Below are positions 45,089 to 54,412 of a stretch of DNA of 64,000 nucleotides, piece by piece (the first letter of the stretch is position 1; every line of letters begins with the position of its first letter). Source of the DNA: Escherichia phage PNJ1902. A model generated the notes under the pieces. The model ran no database searches and was not told where the DNA came from. It saw only the letters and a list, made by a program, of their open reading frames with translations. Position numbers and translations under genes: made by a program. The DNA lies in the sequence record OK254197.1. One strand, written 5' to 3'.

Positions 45089-45404
45089 TTTTAATGAATT
45101 AAATACCTTACATGAGATATTACAGTTTGTGAATAATAATATTAGTATTCCAGATAATACATTAGAAGTTCTCATGTTAATCGAGAAAAAGGTAGGGATT
45201 GAAATTGAGGACTCTTGGAAACCACTTTCTGTATTAACACCTCTTAATATGAAAGTGATAGTTAAAAATATCGATACTGGTGAAGAATGTAAGATGATTC
45301 GTAAAGAGCTAGCTGATAGTTATTCACCAAAGTCTGTAGTAATGTATCATGATGACACACCTAAGGTTCTACAGACAGCTAATTACGTATGGCGTCTCCC
45401 ATGA
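45078..45404 (+). CDS. Hypothetical protein
   Basis: ORF track. Confidence 0.45.
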   Translation: MKLNFNELNTLHEILQFVNNNISIPDNTLEVLMLIEKKVGIEIEDSWKPLSVLTPLNMKVIVKNIDTGEECKMIRKELADSYSPKSVVMYHDDTPKVLQTANYVWRLP

Positions 45405-45503
45405 TTGATTTAGTACCAATTACTGCGGGGCTATTAGCACTATTAGTGCTTGCAGTTTTTATTATAGTGGAGCAGGCCAAAGTAATAAGGAGACTTAAAA
45501 ACA

Positions 45504-45704
45504 ATGATAAAACGTCTTGTTTATCAGGCACCAAAGATTGTAACTGAGTATTTTGTATTACTGCCTCAGATTGTATTTCTAACAGCATTATTTAATATAC
45601 TTTTTCGACATCTAGGAATAACAGAAAATATCTTCTACACTTCTGGACTACTTCCTTTTATGTACGAAGGCATCATCGTGGCAATTAACGGAGTTCGTAA
45701 ATGA
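45504..45704 (+). CDS. Small membrane protein
   Basis: ORF track. Confidence 0.4.
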   Translation: MIKRLVYQAPKIVTEYFVLLPQIVFLTALFNILFRHLGITENIFYTSGLLPFMYEGIIVAINGVRK

Positions 45705-46162
45705 CAGCACTACAACAACTACAGAATTACTGGTTTGATAACCAATTTAACGATCTCTTCATCCAGTTGTTTGTCGAAACGAACGGACGCTTCAACTACC
45801 GATTCTTTAATAAGTTTCACGAAACAAAATTCTCGCATACAGAAATTAATACAGCGATCCAAGACCTAACTGGTTCTAAAGTAGTTCAATATCGTGAAGT
45901 AGACTTTACACCAGATTGTTTTGGGTTTGAATTGTTTAAGAAAGCATATAAATTTGGTAAGTTTGAGGATGCTCGTCAATGGGTTCATGATTTCTGGTAC
46001 AACACTGATATTGTTCCTAGTCGTGTACTGATTCTTAACTGGATTGCTAAACAACATCCGCCTAAAGCTCAATCGTCCTTCTTACCAACTGACACAGGAA
46101 ACCTCTACCATGACAGAAAAGAAAAATCCATTGCTGGAGCAGATGAAGGAATGGGAGAGTAA
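45701..46162 (+). CDS. Hypothetical protein
   Basis: ORF track. Confidence 0.5.
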   Translation: MTALQQLQNYWFDNQFNDLFIQLFVETNGRFNYRFFNKFHETKFSHTEINTAIQDLTGSKVVQYREVDFTPDCFGFELFKKAYKFGKFEDARQWVHDFWYNTDIVPSRVLILNWIAKQHPPKAQSSFLPTDTGNLYHDRKEKSIAGADEGMGE

Positions 46163-46481
46163 TATTGAATCTGGTCTAGTAGACGGAGAAGATATTGTTA
46201 ACTCCATGTTAGAAGTAACAATAGATAATATTGATCCTATTTTGGCCAGTGAAACTTCAGATCTTATAGGACTTTCTATTGCATTTGATTCTTTGGGTCG
46301 GTTAGCCTTAGATGACGAAGAGATAACTAAAGAAGATCTTGCGAAGGCCATGGATATGGCTATTGTAGCTTACATTAGTAAACGCACTGATGAACTCGGC
46401 AAACAGATCAAAAAGCGTGATACAACATTAAATCTTATGGAAACGGCCACTATTTTAAGAAGTGGTAAACAACTTCATTAA
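46107..46481 (+). CDS. Hypothetical acidic protein
   Basis: In-frame ATG within track ORF 46044..46481. Confidence 0.4.
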   Translation, partial: TMTEKKNPLLEQMKEWESNIESGLVDGEDIVNSMLEVTIDNIDPILASETSDLIGLSIAFDSLGRLALDDEEITKEDLAKAMDMAIVAYISKRTDELGKQIKKRDTTLNLMETATILRSGKQLH

Positions 46482-46488
46482 TTCTAGA

Positions 46489-46517
46489 GGCCAGGACTTA
46501 ATTGTTCTGGCCTTTTG
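46489..46517 (+). terminator. Rho-independent terminator
   Basis: ggccaggacttaattgttctggcc + TTTT. Confidence 0.55.
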
Positions 46518-46739
46518 TGTTTCAAGGAACTTCAGATGCAAGTATATGTACTTACTAGAGATATAAATGAGTATAATCAGGATGGTGAATATTTTGTAAA
46601 GGTATTCGCTGAAAAGCCAAGTAAACAACAATTATTAGATGCTGGAGTACCAGAAGACCAGGCTAAGTGTATACTACAAGATAAAGAATTTACTGGTGAT
46701 GCTTACGAATGTTTCTACCTTAGCTGTGAGAATATCTAA
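46515..46739 (+). CDS. Hypothetical small protein
   Basis: ORF track. Confidence 0.4.
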   Translation: MCFKELQMQVYVLTRDINEYNQDGEYFVKVFAEKPSKQQLLDAGVPEDQAKCILQDKEFTGDAYECFYLSCENI

Positions 46740-46740
46740 T

Positions 46741-47187
46741 ATGAGAGAAAAAGTAAATGAATTACTAATCGAGGAAGCTAACAACTTTCCAATAAACAGG
46801 TTTATCAAATCGGATGGATCTATTAATAGAACTAAGATTAAGCAGCTACATCCTGACTTTCAACAAGAAGCACTAAACCTTATATTTATCAAGAAAGCTA
46901 TTGCAGTTCATGGAGCTTTCTTTGGATATGAGCGTGTAAATTACAAAACAATGCAACAGCAAGTCGAGATCTATTGTCCAGATCATGATGGTTATTACTG
47001 GCAAACTGCTAGATCTCATTTAGAAGGGCATGGTTGTCGACTGTGTGCACACAAGGTTGTGCAGCGTGTCACAGATTATGGAACCTATACCGTACCAGCA
47101 TGTTATCATAAATTTGTAGTTGACGATAATCATATAGTTTGGTATAATAAGTTTTCAAAGTTAAGAATGGAGATAAATAGTGAGTAG
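46741..47187 (+). CDS. Zn-finger domain protein, paralog of N-terminal domain of 49208..49936
   Basis: Shared block QLHPDFQQEALNLIFI.KA...YERVNYKT...QTARSHL.GHGC..CA. Confidence 0.5.
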   Translation: MREKVNELLIEEANNFPINRFIKSDGSINRTKIKQLHPDFQQEALNLIFIKKAIAVHGAFFGYERVNYKTMQQQVEIYCPDHDGYYWQTARSHLEGHGCRLCAHKVVQRVTDYGTYTVPACYHKFVVDDNHIVWYNKFSKLRMEINSE

Positions 47188-47470
47188 CTATATTATATGG
47201 TCAAATCCATTAGCAGCACTTAGTAACAAACTATTTAAAACAACATGGGGCTATAATGAAATAGACTTAAGCAGTCGCCCCATACCAAATACATGCTCTC
47301 TAGTCCCAGATCTGTATAAAGTAGTAATAAATAACGTAGAATATTTGGTTGACGAATTTGACAGAAGGTATATACTAGAGTGCATTTATGATAACAATAC
47401 ATCAATGAATGAACTAATAGATCATGCCCAAATGTGTGATAAAAGCTGGATGTTAATATGGAAATCATAG
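47180..47470 (+). CDS. Hypothetical protein
   Basis: ORF track. Confidence 0.45.
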   Translation: MSSYIIWSNPLAALSNKLFKTTWGYNEIDLSSRPIPNTCSLVPDLYKVVINNVEYLVDEFDRRYILECIYDNNTSMNELIDHAQMCDKSWMLIWKS

Positions 47471-47691
47471 CAATTATTTTAGTAGTTATGTTATTCATCG
47501 TAGTACTTGTATCTTTTGCTATTATGCGTAGAGCTAGAGAACTAGCAGAAGATCTAATAAAATTACGTGGTGAGGTAGCGGGTCTAAAACTACAACGTGA
47601 AGCTCTCAAGCTATTCGTAGCTCAAGGTAGTGTAGAGCATACAGCAGAAGACTTCATCATATATCTCAAACGTTACATGGGAGTTAAATAA
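47458..47691 (+). CDS. Small membrane protein
   Basis: ORF track; N-terminal TM. Confidence 0.45.
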   Translation: MEIIAIILVVMLFIVVLVSFAIMRRARELAEDLIKLRGEVAGLKLQREALKLFVAQGSVEHTAEDFIIYLKRYMGVK

Positions 47692-47876
47692 TGGAAACTC
47701 TTTTTCTTTTAATGCTCGTAGGTTCTCTGTTACTAATACTAGCACTTCTACTAATCTGCAACATTCTTAACAACAAGAATCTAGAATTAAAGTGTGAGAA
47801 CCAAATCCTTAATCGTGAACTTAAACAATATAACATCGCAGCCCATAAACTATTAGACAAACTGGAGAATAAATAA
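47691..47876 (+). CDS. Small membrane protein
   Basis: ORF track. Confidence 0.4.
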   Translation: METLFLLMLVGSLLLILALLLICNILNNKNLELKCENQILNRELKQYNIAAHKLLDKLENK

Positions 47877-48490
47877 TGTTTACACAACAACCTATTCAAG
47901 TAGTACCAGACCATGAACTGAACACATGGGATTATAGCTTTAAAGATTTAATTGCTACTGTACAATTCAAATCTATGAAGCTAACATTTGCACACAATGA
48001 CCTTAGAGCCTGTAAAGATCTTGAAAGTAAGCTCGAAGATGCTCGTAAGATTTTTGGCAAGGCTCGCATCCCAGCTGATAATCTAATTAACGCATTAATC
48101 GATGCAGGGTACAAACTTGTGAAGACTGAGGTGAACCGCCCTAGTACTCCAGTGACTATTAGAGATCCGTGGCAGTCAGGGACAATCTCAATGCTGAATA
48201 ACTCCGATAAAAGATTAATGTCGGATTTGCACAATGTTCCTTGTGGGGGTGTGGTAAGTAGTACGCAGTCATATAAGTTTGCGGAAGATTACGGCCCTTC
48301 TGTACAGTTGAAACATACTCAAGAAGCTTTTGAATCTGATATGCAAAGCGTAGCACCTGCGGATGCTGGAGTTTCTAGGAGTTCTGTTTGTACTATTCAT
48401 TTTAATAATCCTAGTAAACATGGAAGTTTAGAGGATGCTATTATGGAGGCGTTGGGAGCTGCTCTTAATGAAGATAAGAGAGGTAATTAA
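47876..48490 (+). CDS. Hypothetical protein
   Basis: ORF track. Confidence 0.5.
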   Translation: MFTQQPIQVVPDHELNTWDYSFKDLIATVQFKSMKLTFAHNDLRACKDLESKLEDARKIFGKARIPADNLINALIDAGYKLVKTEVNRPSTPVTIRDPWQSGTISMLNNSDKRLMSDLHNVPCGGVVSSTQSYKFAEDYGPSVQLKHTQEAFESDMQSVAPADAGVSRSSVCTIHFNNPSKHGSLEDAIMEALGAALNEDKRGN

Positions 48491-49215
48491 TGAGTATAAA
48501 AAAGAATTTAGCAGAGATTATTAAGTTAGCTAGAGCTTGTAATGGGAAATATGTTTCTCAGCTTAATGAACTAGAGGCACATGCAGTAGCATTTTGTGCA
48601 GAGTTTTATCCTGCATACCTTAATGCTAGTGGACAGCCCAAATATAATAAAGATGCAGGAGAAGTTACGTTAGCTCCTTCATATATTAGCTTGCGTCGTC
48701 TAATCCAAACTGTTGATCCTACTATTAAAGGATTCTCAGCAGATTCATTCCACGTCTTTGCAGATAAAGAACTCCCGTATTTTAAAGAAGGAAATGCAAA
48801 GTCATGTTTAGAATGTTATCCAAATATTCTGATGATTCCTCAAAAGCAATGTAAATACGATCATCTTCCTAGACTTACAAAGAAAGTAGAACCACCTTAT
48901 TCTTCTCTATCTGAATTAAAGCTAGGAATTGTATCTACACTTGCGCAGGTTCATCTAAGTATAGTTGACGACTCAACAACATCTAATCCTATTCTAGATG
49001 CTGCACACTTTGAAATTTTACGTGATCCTGAACAAGCTAGAAAAGTTGCAAAGTCTGTTAAGTTTGATATATCAACAATTCTTGACACTAAACAAGAAAC
49101 TAGACCTAGAGGAAGTGTAGATTATTCTGCACTAAATTCCGAGTCATCTTATTTAGCAACATTCCTTTTCATGGCGTCAAAAGGGGTTATTCTAAAGGTT
49201 AATAAAGATGGATGA
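48490..49215 (+). CDS. Hypothetical protein
   Basis: ORF track. Confidence 0.5.
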   Translation: MSIKKNLAEIIKLARACNGKYVSQLNELEAHAVAFCAEFYPAYLNASGQPKYNKDAGEVTLAPSYISLRRLIQTVDPTIKGFSADSFHVFADKELPYFKEGNAKSCLECYPNILMIPQKQCKYDHLPRLTKKVEPPYSSLSELKLGIVSTLAQVHLSIVDDSTTSNPILDAAHFEILRDPEQARKVAKSVKFDISTILDTKQETRPRGSVDYSALNSESSYLATFLFMASKGVILKVNKDG

Positions 49216-49936
49216 TTTACGTGCTGAAATTAATAAAAAGCTACGCGAGGAAGCCAGGAGGTTTCCTCTTAAAAACTTTTTGAAGTCAAATGGCTCTACT
49301 AATATAACGAAGATTAGGCAACTTCACCCTGACTTCCAACAAGAGGCCTTAAACCTTATCTTTATTAGGAAAGCTTTAAAAGTCCAGAAAGAAGAGTATG
49401 GGTATGAAAGAGTTAATTATAAGACAGCCAATCAGTTAGTAGAGATATGGTGCTATAAACACAAAGGATACTTTATGCAAACTGCTAGATCTCACCTAGA
49501 TGGGCACGGTTGTTTACAATGTGCTAGAGAAAGCAACCTCAATACACCTATCGAGAAACCGGAAGTAGAAGAAGATGTTCAGTTCCCCACATATCTCTAT
49601 ATCTTCTCTAATAAAGATCAGTCTAGGAAGAAATTAAAGACAAAGATTGGGGTTTCTAGAGAGCCACATCAAAGGTTTAAGAATCTAGAGTATGATAAAT
49701 TACGTGTGCCGGGTTTTGAAGATATGGAAGTATTTGGTATCTACCAATATAAGAAAGGATCGAAAGAACTCGCTTACAAAATAGAACACCAAGCACATAA
49801 ATTTTTCGAGAATAAATTTGCTAATCATTATAAATTCGATGGAGCAAAAGAGATATTCAACATTAAAGCTGTAGAGGCAGAAGAATATCTATTAAGTCAA
49901 GGTTGCATAAAAATTTACCCAACTCCAAACTCATGA
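49208..49936 (+). CDS. Zn-finger + GIY-YIG-like nuclease domain protein (putative homing endonuclease)
   Basis: N-terminal paralogous Zn-finger block; C-terminal YLYIFSNKD...KIGVS...R...Y pattern. Confidence 0.4.
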   Translation: MDDLRAEINKKLREEARRFPLKNFLKSNGSTNITKIRQLHPDFQQEALNLIFIRKALKVQKEEYGYERVNYKTANQLVEIWCYKHKGYFMQTARSHLDGHGCLQCARESNLNTPIEKPEVEEDVQFPTYLYIFSNKDQSRKKLKTKIGVSREPHQRFKNLEYDKLRVPGFEDMEVFGIYQYKKGSKELAYKIEHQAHKFFENKFANHYKFDGAKEIFNIKAVEAEEYLLSQGCIKIYPTPNS

Positions 49937-49963
49937 CAAAAATTTAAAAGTAACGAAATTTGC

Positions 49964-49993
49964 TTGACATTCGTGAGAATAATGTGTTATAAT
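49964..49993 (+). promoter_or_regulatory. Consensus sigma70 promoter (TTGACA-18-TATAAT) reading into ORF-free repeat region
   Basis: Read from sequence. Confidence 0.5.
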
Positions 49994-50344
49994 AATCTCA
50001 TAGATTAAAAACATCAACTTGTTTTTACCTCTAGGCCGTAGATTTACATCATTCCTCGTAGGAAAACACTTGATGACGGTTCTGCTCGCAGGTTCTCGTC
50101 AATTGTTCTTCCACACCGAGACTTAGGAGGATGTATCAAATCGCACGCGCCTAGAGGGGCTAACTCTCATGAAATGGGGGTATATTTACTTTTAAATAAC
50201 TAAAAATATTTAAAGGCAATATCTGTGTTCAAGATGATACACCGGTTGCCTCTCATCTGCTAGGATGGCACAACACTTTCTCCTAGACTCCTAAGTTTCT
50301 AGGAATAGTTGAACACTACCTCTAGCGTTTACACTAAACTTTAA

Positions 50345-51082
50345 ATCGGATTTGCACATGTTCTAGGGCAGTTTTTCACCTACTATAAATATCCTAGGCC
50401 GGTTTTCCTATACAGGGCGGTTATGGGGAGGGCGGTTATTTCTAGACAACATTTTTTGAAAACACATTTCTGGATTTTACTGTCGGATTTGCACATTGTG
50501 TTTCTAGAAATTTATGGTCGGATTTGCACAATTGCCTAAGTTTTTAGGAACATATAATCTCCTGAAAATGGCAGCATTATTTCGGGCCGAAGGCCCATGT
50601 TTGCCTGAGTTTTTGGAGCCACAGAAATTTTCACTTGTCAAACTATTTTGCCCCATTTTGCTAATAAAATTTTACTTTATCTCCTCTAATCTCAAATTAA
50701 CCTAAATCTTCTCAACTCTTCCCCAAAATCCCCGCAAATCGGGTGCCCCGCACCAAACATGCGCCCCTCCAGTTTCTCCTCTTATTTTCTCTCGCTCTCT
50801 CATCTTCTCCCCAAACCCACACAATCACACACCCTCCAATCGAAGTCACAAAAATCTTGTCGGATTCGCACATCTTAATCCTAGAAAAACCATGTCGGAT
50901 TTGCACATACCCCACAGGATTCGAACGCAGTTCGTGATTGCTGGAGTTTTTGGGAAAATTCATTGTCGGATTTGCACACTATAAAAATTTTTCGGGTCGG
51001 ATTTGCACACTACCAAAAATTGTCGGATTCGCACATACACGCCCGCACGTAACACCCGTGGAGCAATGTCGGATTTGCACAA
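50345..51082. repeat. Array of at least 9 dispersed direct repeats of a 14-bp motif GTCGGATT(T/C)GCACA (iteron-like)
   Basis: Copies near 50345, 50482, 50518, 50859, 50894, 50965, 50998, 51022, 51068. Confidence 0.8.
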
Positions 51083-51084
51083 AA

Positions 51085-51106
51085 GCGCAGGGCAATTGCC
51101 CTGCGC
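51085..51106. repeat. Perfect 22-bp palindrome gcgcagggcaattgccctgcgc
   Basis: Seen in sequence. Confidence 0.8.
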
Positions 51107-51109
51107 TAA

Positions 51110-51310
51110 AATACGAATGATAATAAGAATCATTCTCATTTAAAAAGCGGAATGAGAATGATAATAATTCGCATTTAGAAAGTGAAATGATAATCATTAT
51201 CATTTAAAAAGCGGAATGATTCTCATTTAAGAAGTGAAACGATTCTCATTTAAGAAGTGAAACGATTCTCATTTAGAAAGTGAAATGCAAATGATAATGA
51301 TTCTCATTTA
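51110..51310. repeat. Tandem and palindromic repeats resembling Fur boxes
   Basis: aatgataatcattatcatt palindrome; three tandem copies of about 22-bp unit gattctcatttaagaagtgaaac. Confidence 0.7.
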
Positions 51311-51339
51311 AGAATGGAAGTGAGAAACACTATTATTTA

Positions 51340-51520
51340 AGTTATCCACAGACTTATCAACAGCACGATTTGACTTGACAAAATTCTAGCCGTTTTGAAG
51401 CGTTATCAACAGACTTATCCACAGCTTATCCTACTGTATAAATATACAGTATTCCTACGCAGCGAATAATTCTAATATACCGCTAAAACGCTCTCAAACG
51501 CATTCTAACGCGTTTAATTT
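51340..51520. repeat. Left arm of imperfect inverted repeat with DnaA-box 9-mers and LexA-box-like palindrome
   Basis: TTATCCACA at 51342 and 51415, TTATCAACA at 51355 and 51403; CTGTATAAATATACAG at 51434-51449. Confidence 0.7.
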
Positions 51521-51641
51521 TGTTGGGGATACTAAAACAAGGGCAAAATTGGAGGAGGCTTGAAAATTAGTTAGCCCGCTAACGATCACACAAGGCGACA
51601 CGTAACACCCTAACCATTAGCAGGCTAACCATCGCGGGCGC

Positions 51642-51662
51642 GGTCAAATGAGAATGATTCTC
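51642..51662. promoter_or_regulatory. Fur-box-like 21-bp palindrome aaatgagaatgattctcattt
   Basis: Seen in sequence. Confidence 0.4.
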
Positions 51663-51707
51663 ATTTGAGAATTGGGGGCACTTCCAGATAGTTGCGCCCC
51701 GTGATTA

Positions 51708-51902
51708 TTAGTCGGGTAGTCGATGCGTGATTTTTTCCTCCTCCCCATAGGAATCTACCAAATACTGATAATAACCATCGTGATCATAAATCACTTTATC
51801 ATAATCGCCACGCTCGACCGCTTGTCGGTTTTCCGGCGTATCGGGCACGTAAAAAATATCAACCATTGTACTAGTTTTGGTTACAACAATTTTATTGCTC
51901 AT
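51708..51902 (-). CDS. Hypothetical small protein
   Basis: ORF track. Confidence 0.4.
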   Translation of the reverse strand: MSNKIVVTKTSTMVDIFYVPDTPENRQAVERGDYDKVIYDHDGYYQYLVDSYGEEEKITHRLPD

Positions 51903-52175
51903 AATAACGCCCTAGTAAATATATTTTTGCCAATAGTGGCGAACGTTATCGCCACCAGCGGAATCATTAGCGGCCTTACTATTACCAACGAAAGTATATA
52001 ATCTCATTAGTATTATTTTCCTTGCATTAATTTATATATAACGAACATCCCGCAAAACTGCCCTAATATAGTGCAGACAACAAGGGATAACACAATATTG
52101 CCGATCATGTTATAAGTAACCATACCAGTAATAAGGGATAGCGCATACCCTAGCAAAGCAATATAAACAGCCATA

Positions 52176-52526
52176 TTATTTACCTATTTTTCGAAACGCT
52201 GTTTCAATACTATCAGCCGTGGATTGAATATATGCGCCTTTCATTATCAGGCGCTCAGTGCATACTTTACGGAAAATATTAATAAAATCATCTTCATTTT
52301 CTGCGATTAATGCCTCACCCATAACCTGAACGTCGCAAGATGCAAAGGTCAAAAATTGAAACGCTAGTTCACGGGCAACGACCGCATTGATTTTATAATG
52401 CGCCTTTCCCTCGTAAATATTAATAACGCCCTTATATGCTGGCGAAAGCTGGTTTAAATAGTTTGCTAACAATGCCGGGCGGCAGTTAGCAACAAAACGA
52501 TTGCCCTCGTAAATGATCATTTGCAT
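52176..52526 (-). CDS. Hypothetical protein
   Basis: ORF track. Confidence 0.45.
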   Translation of the reverse strand: MQMIIYEGNRFVANCRPALLANYLNQLSPAYKGVINIYEGKAHYKINAVVARELAFQFLTFASCDVQVMGEALIAENEDDFINIFRKVCTERLIMKGAYIQSTADSIETAFRKIGK

Positions 52527-52644
52527 AACCTCCCGATCAGATAGCCTGATAAAAGCATAAAGACCCCCAACGAAATGGGATCATTCTTAAATAAGGTGGC
52601 GATAAAACCGCCAGCCATTGCAAGGAGAATAACAATAACGCTTT

Positions 52645-52857
52645 TCATAGTACCCCACGAAACGCAGCGTAAAAGGTGGCAAAATATTTAACCGTTTCAG
52701 TGATCACGTTGCCGCGCTTATCGAATTTCTTTTCAGTAACACGAAAAGCGTTTTTGTTACGTGCTACATATTCGATTTTACAGTCTGGGCGCTCGAACGT
52801 GTTAGCATCCACCAGCTTAAAACCTTTTGAACGTGCAAGAGAAACGTTGCGGATCAT
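52645..52857 (-). CDS. Hypothetical small protein
   Basis: ORF track. Confidence 0.4.
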   Translation of the reverse strand: MIRNVSLARSKGFKLVDANTFERPDCKIEYVARNKNAFRVTEKKFDKRGNVITETVKYFATFYAAFRGVL

Positions 52858-53058
52858 TTTTATTCTCCTTTACCAGTCATGCAGCCCAGCAGATAAGAAA
52901 ATGCAGCGATACCCGCGCCAATAATAACCGCGTGAACGTCGAAAGCTATTGCAAACAAAGATAAAATAGCGCCCAAGATACCCGCCAGAATAGCTCGAAA
53001 AATAACCATATGTAATACTCCCTAGTTAGTGGGGGCGAAAGTAACGCCCCGTTATTAA

Positions 53059-53322
53059 TTACATTAAAATAATTTTTGCCGCTTGTTTTTTGGTACAGTG
53101 TTCCGCCTTCAGGGTATCCAGCAAAAAGCCCGCCGTTTGCTGATCGATTTGATCATTATCATAAAGCGCCTGTATGGTAGTATAAGTTTTAGCGATGCCG
53201 TACTCTTGCACCATTTCCTGAATAATCCAGCGATTTGATACCCAGCCTTTACCAGTGAAAAGATGACTAGCAGAAGAATATGCAACCATTATAAGCCTCC
53301 AAAATTTTGGGAAAATTTTCAA
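53059..53322 (-). CDS. Hypothetical protein
   Basis: ORF track. Confidence 0.4.
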   Translation of the reverse strand: MKIFPKFWRLIMVAYSSASHLFTGKGWVSNRWIIQEMVQEYGIAKTYTTIQALYDNDQIDQQTAGFLLDTLKAEHCTKKQAAKIILM

Positions 53323-53519
53323 CCGTCCTCAAACGGTGTAAAGGCATTATAACAAAAAAGGCCACCATAAAAGGCGACCTTTACAAAACTTTACATTAGA
53401 TTATTTATTACTCGTTTTCGGTGTTATTGGTAAAAGTAGAAATATCGATACCTTTTACCATTTCCAGCATTGCCGCCACCTGGCCGCCGTGTTGGGTCTT
53501 TACTTTAATATTACCCCGC

Positions 53520-53705
53520 AGCGTTTAGCTCGTTAGAAAGCGTTTTAGGCCGCTTAAAATTGATTGCAGTCGTTAACACTACCTTTTTACCCTGTATATT
53601 TATACAGTAGGATAACCTGTGGATAAGTCTGTGTAAAAGTCCCTATATCGCCGCCTATCGTGTCAAGTCAAAAAGTGCTGTGGATAACGTTGTGGATAAC
53701 TTAAA
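53520..53705. repeat. Right arm of inverted repeat with DnaA boxes and LexA-box-like palindrome
   Basis: CTGTATATTTATACAG at 53592-53607; TGTGGATAA copies near 53617, 53681, 53693. Confidence 0.7.
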
Positions 53706-53890
53706 TGATAGTGGTTCTCACTAATTAATTTATGTAGTTATTATATCGTAAAATATAGTTAGTTGCCTAATAGGTTTTTAGAGTGATTATGAGTCAGCTA
53801 ATTAAACCTGAAAAACTCATTAGCTAGTCTGCTAATCATTTTGATATAATATAATAGAGATTAAAGTAATAACATAAGGAAACTATAACA

Positions 53891-54412
53891 ATGGGTAAAT
53901 ATAAAGAAATTAATTATAATGATATAAAAGATCACGTATATTATGATGAATCGTCGCCATCATTTCTACGATGGAAAGTAACGCGGGATAATATTTCAGC
54001 AGGTGATATTGCCGGTTGTATTAATTCCAGTGGTTATTATATCGTAACTATTAATAACGTTAGTTACCGAGTACATCGTATCATATGGGTATTATTTCAT
54101 AAAGAAATAGATAGCAATCTAACAATCGATCATATTGATCGTAACCGCGCTAATAATAACATTAAAAACTTACGCCTTGTTACTCATTCGCAGAATTGTA
54201 GTAACAAGGGTGATAGTTTGCGTGCTAATGGTTTACCTAGAAATATTTCATATCATTCTAATAATCGTGTTGATAGTAACGGGCGTAAATATATGACGGC
54301 TATGTTTCGAGTGCCTAATAGTAACAAGCGTGTTAGTAAGTCTGGTTATGATTTACAAGAGTTATTATTATGGCTTGAAACTAAAAAAGCTGAATTTGGA
54401 ATTGTCAATTAA
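53891..54412 (+). CDS. HNH homing endonuclease
   Basis: IDHIDRNRANNNIKNLRLVTHSQN (HNH_3-type motif); AT-rich relative to neighbours. Confidence 0.65.
   Translation: MGKYKEINYNDIKDHVYYDESSPSFLRWKVTRDNISAGDIAGCINSSGYYIVTINNVSYRVHRIIWVLFHKEIDSNLTIDHIDRNRANNNIKNLRLVTHSQNCSNKGDSLRANGLPRNISYHSNNRVDSNGRKYMTAMFRVPNSNKRVSKSGYDLQELLLWLETKKAEFGIVN

Noticed and set aside
50514-51203. Short ORFs inside the repeat region (50514, 50712, 50743, 50938, 50979)
   Set aside because: They consist of repeat-derived low-complexity sequence with no RBS; the region is better explained as non-coding
50345-51310. Possible CRISPR array
   Set aside because: Repeat unit is only about 14 bp, spacing between copies is highly irregular (about 20 to 340 bp), no cas genes nearby, and the second block consists of tandem palindromes rather than repeat-spacer units
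51110-51310. Calling the palindromes bona fide host Fur-regulated operators
   Set aside because: Similarity to the Fur consensus is suggestive but there is no downstream gene in a sensible position; reported as Fur-box-like repeats rather than a regulatory site
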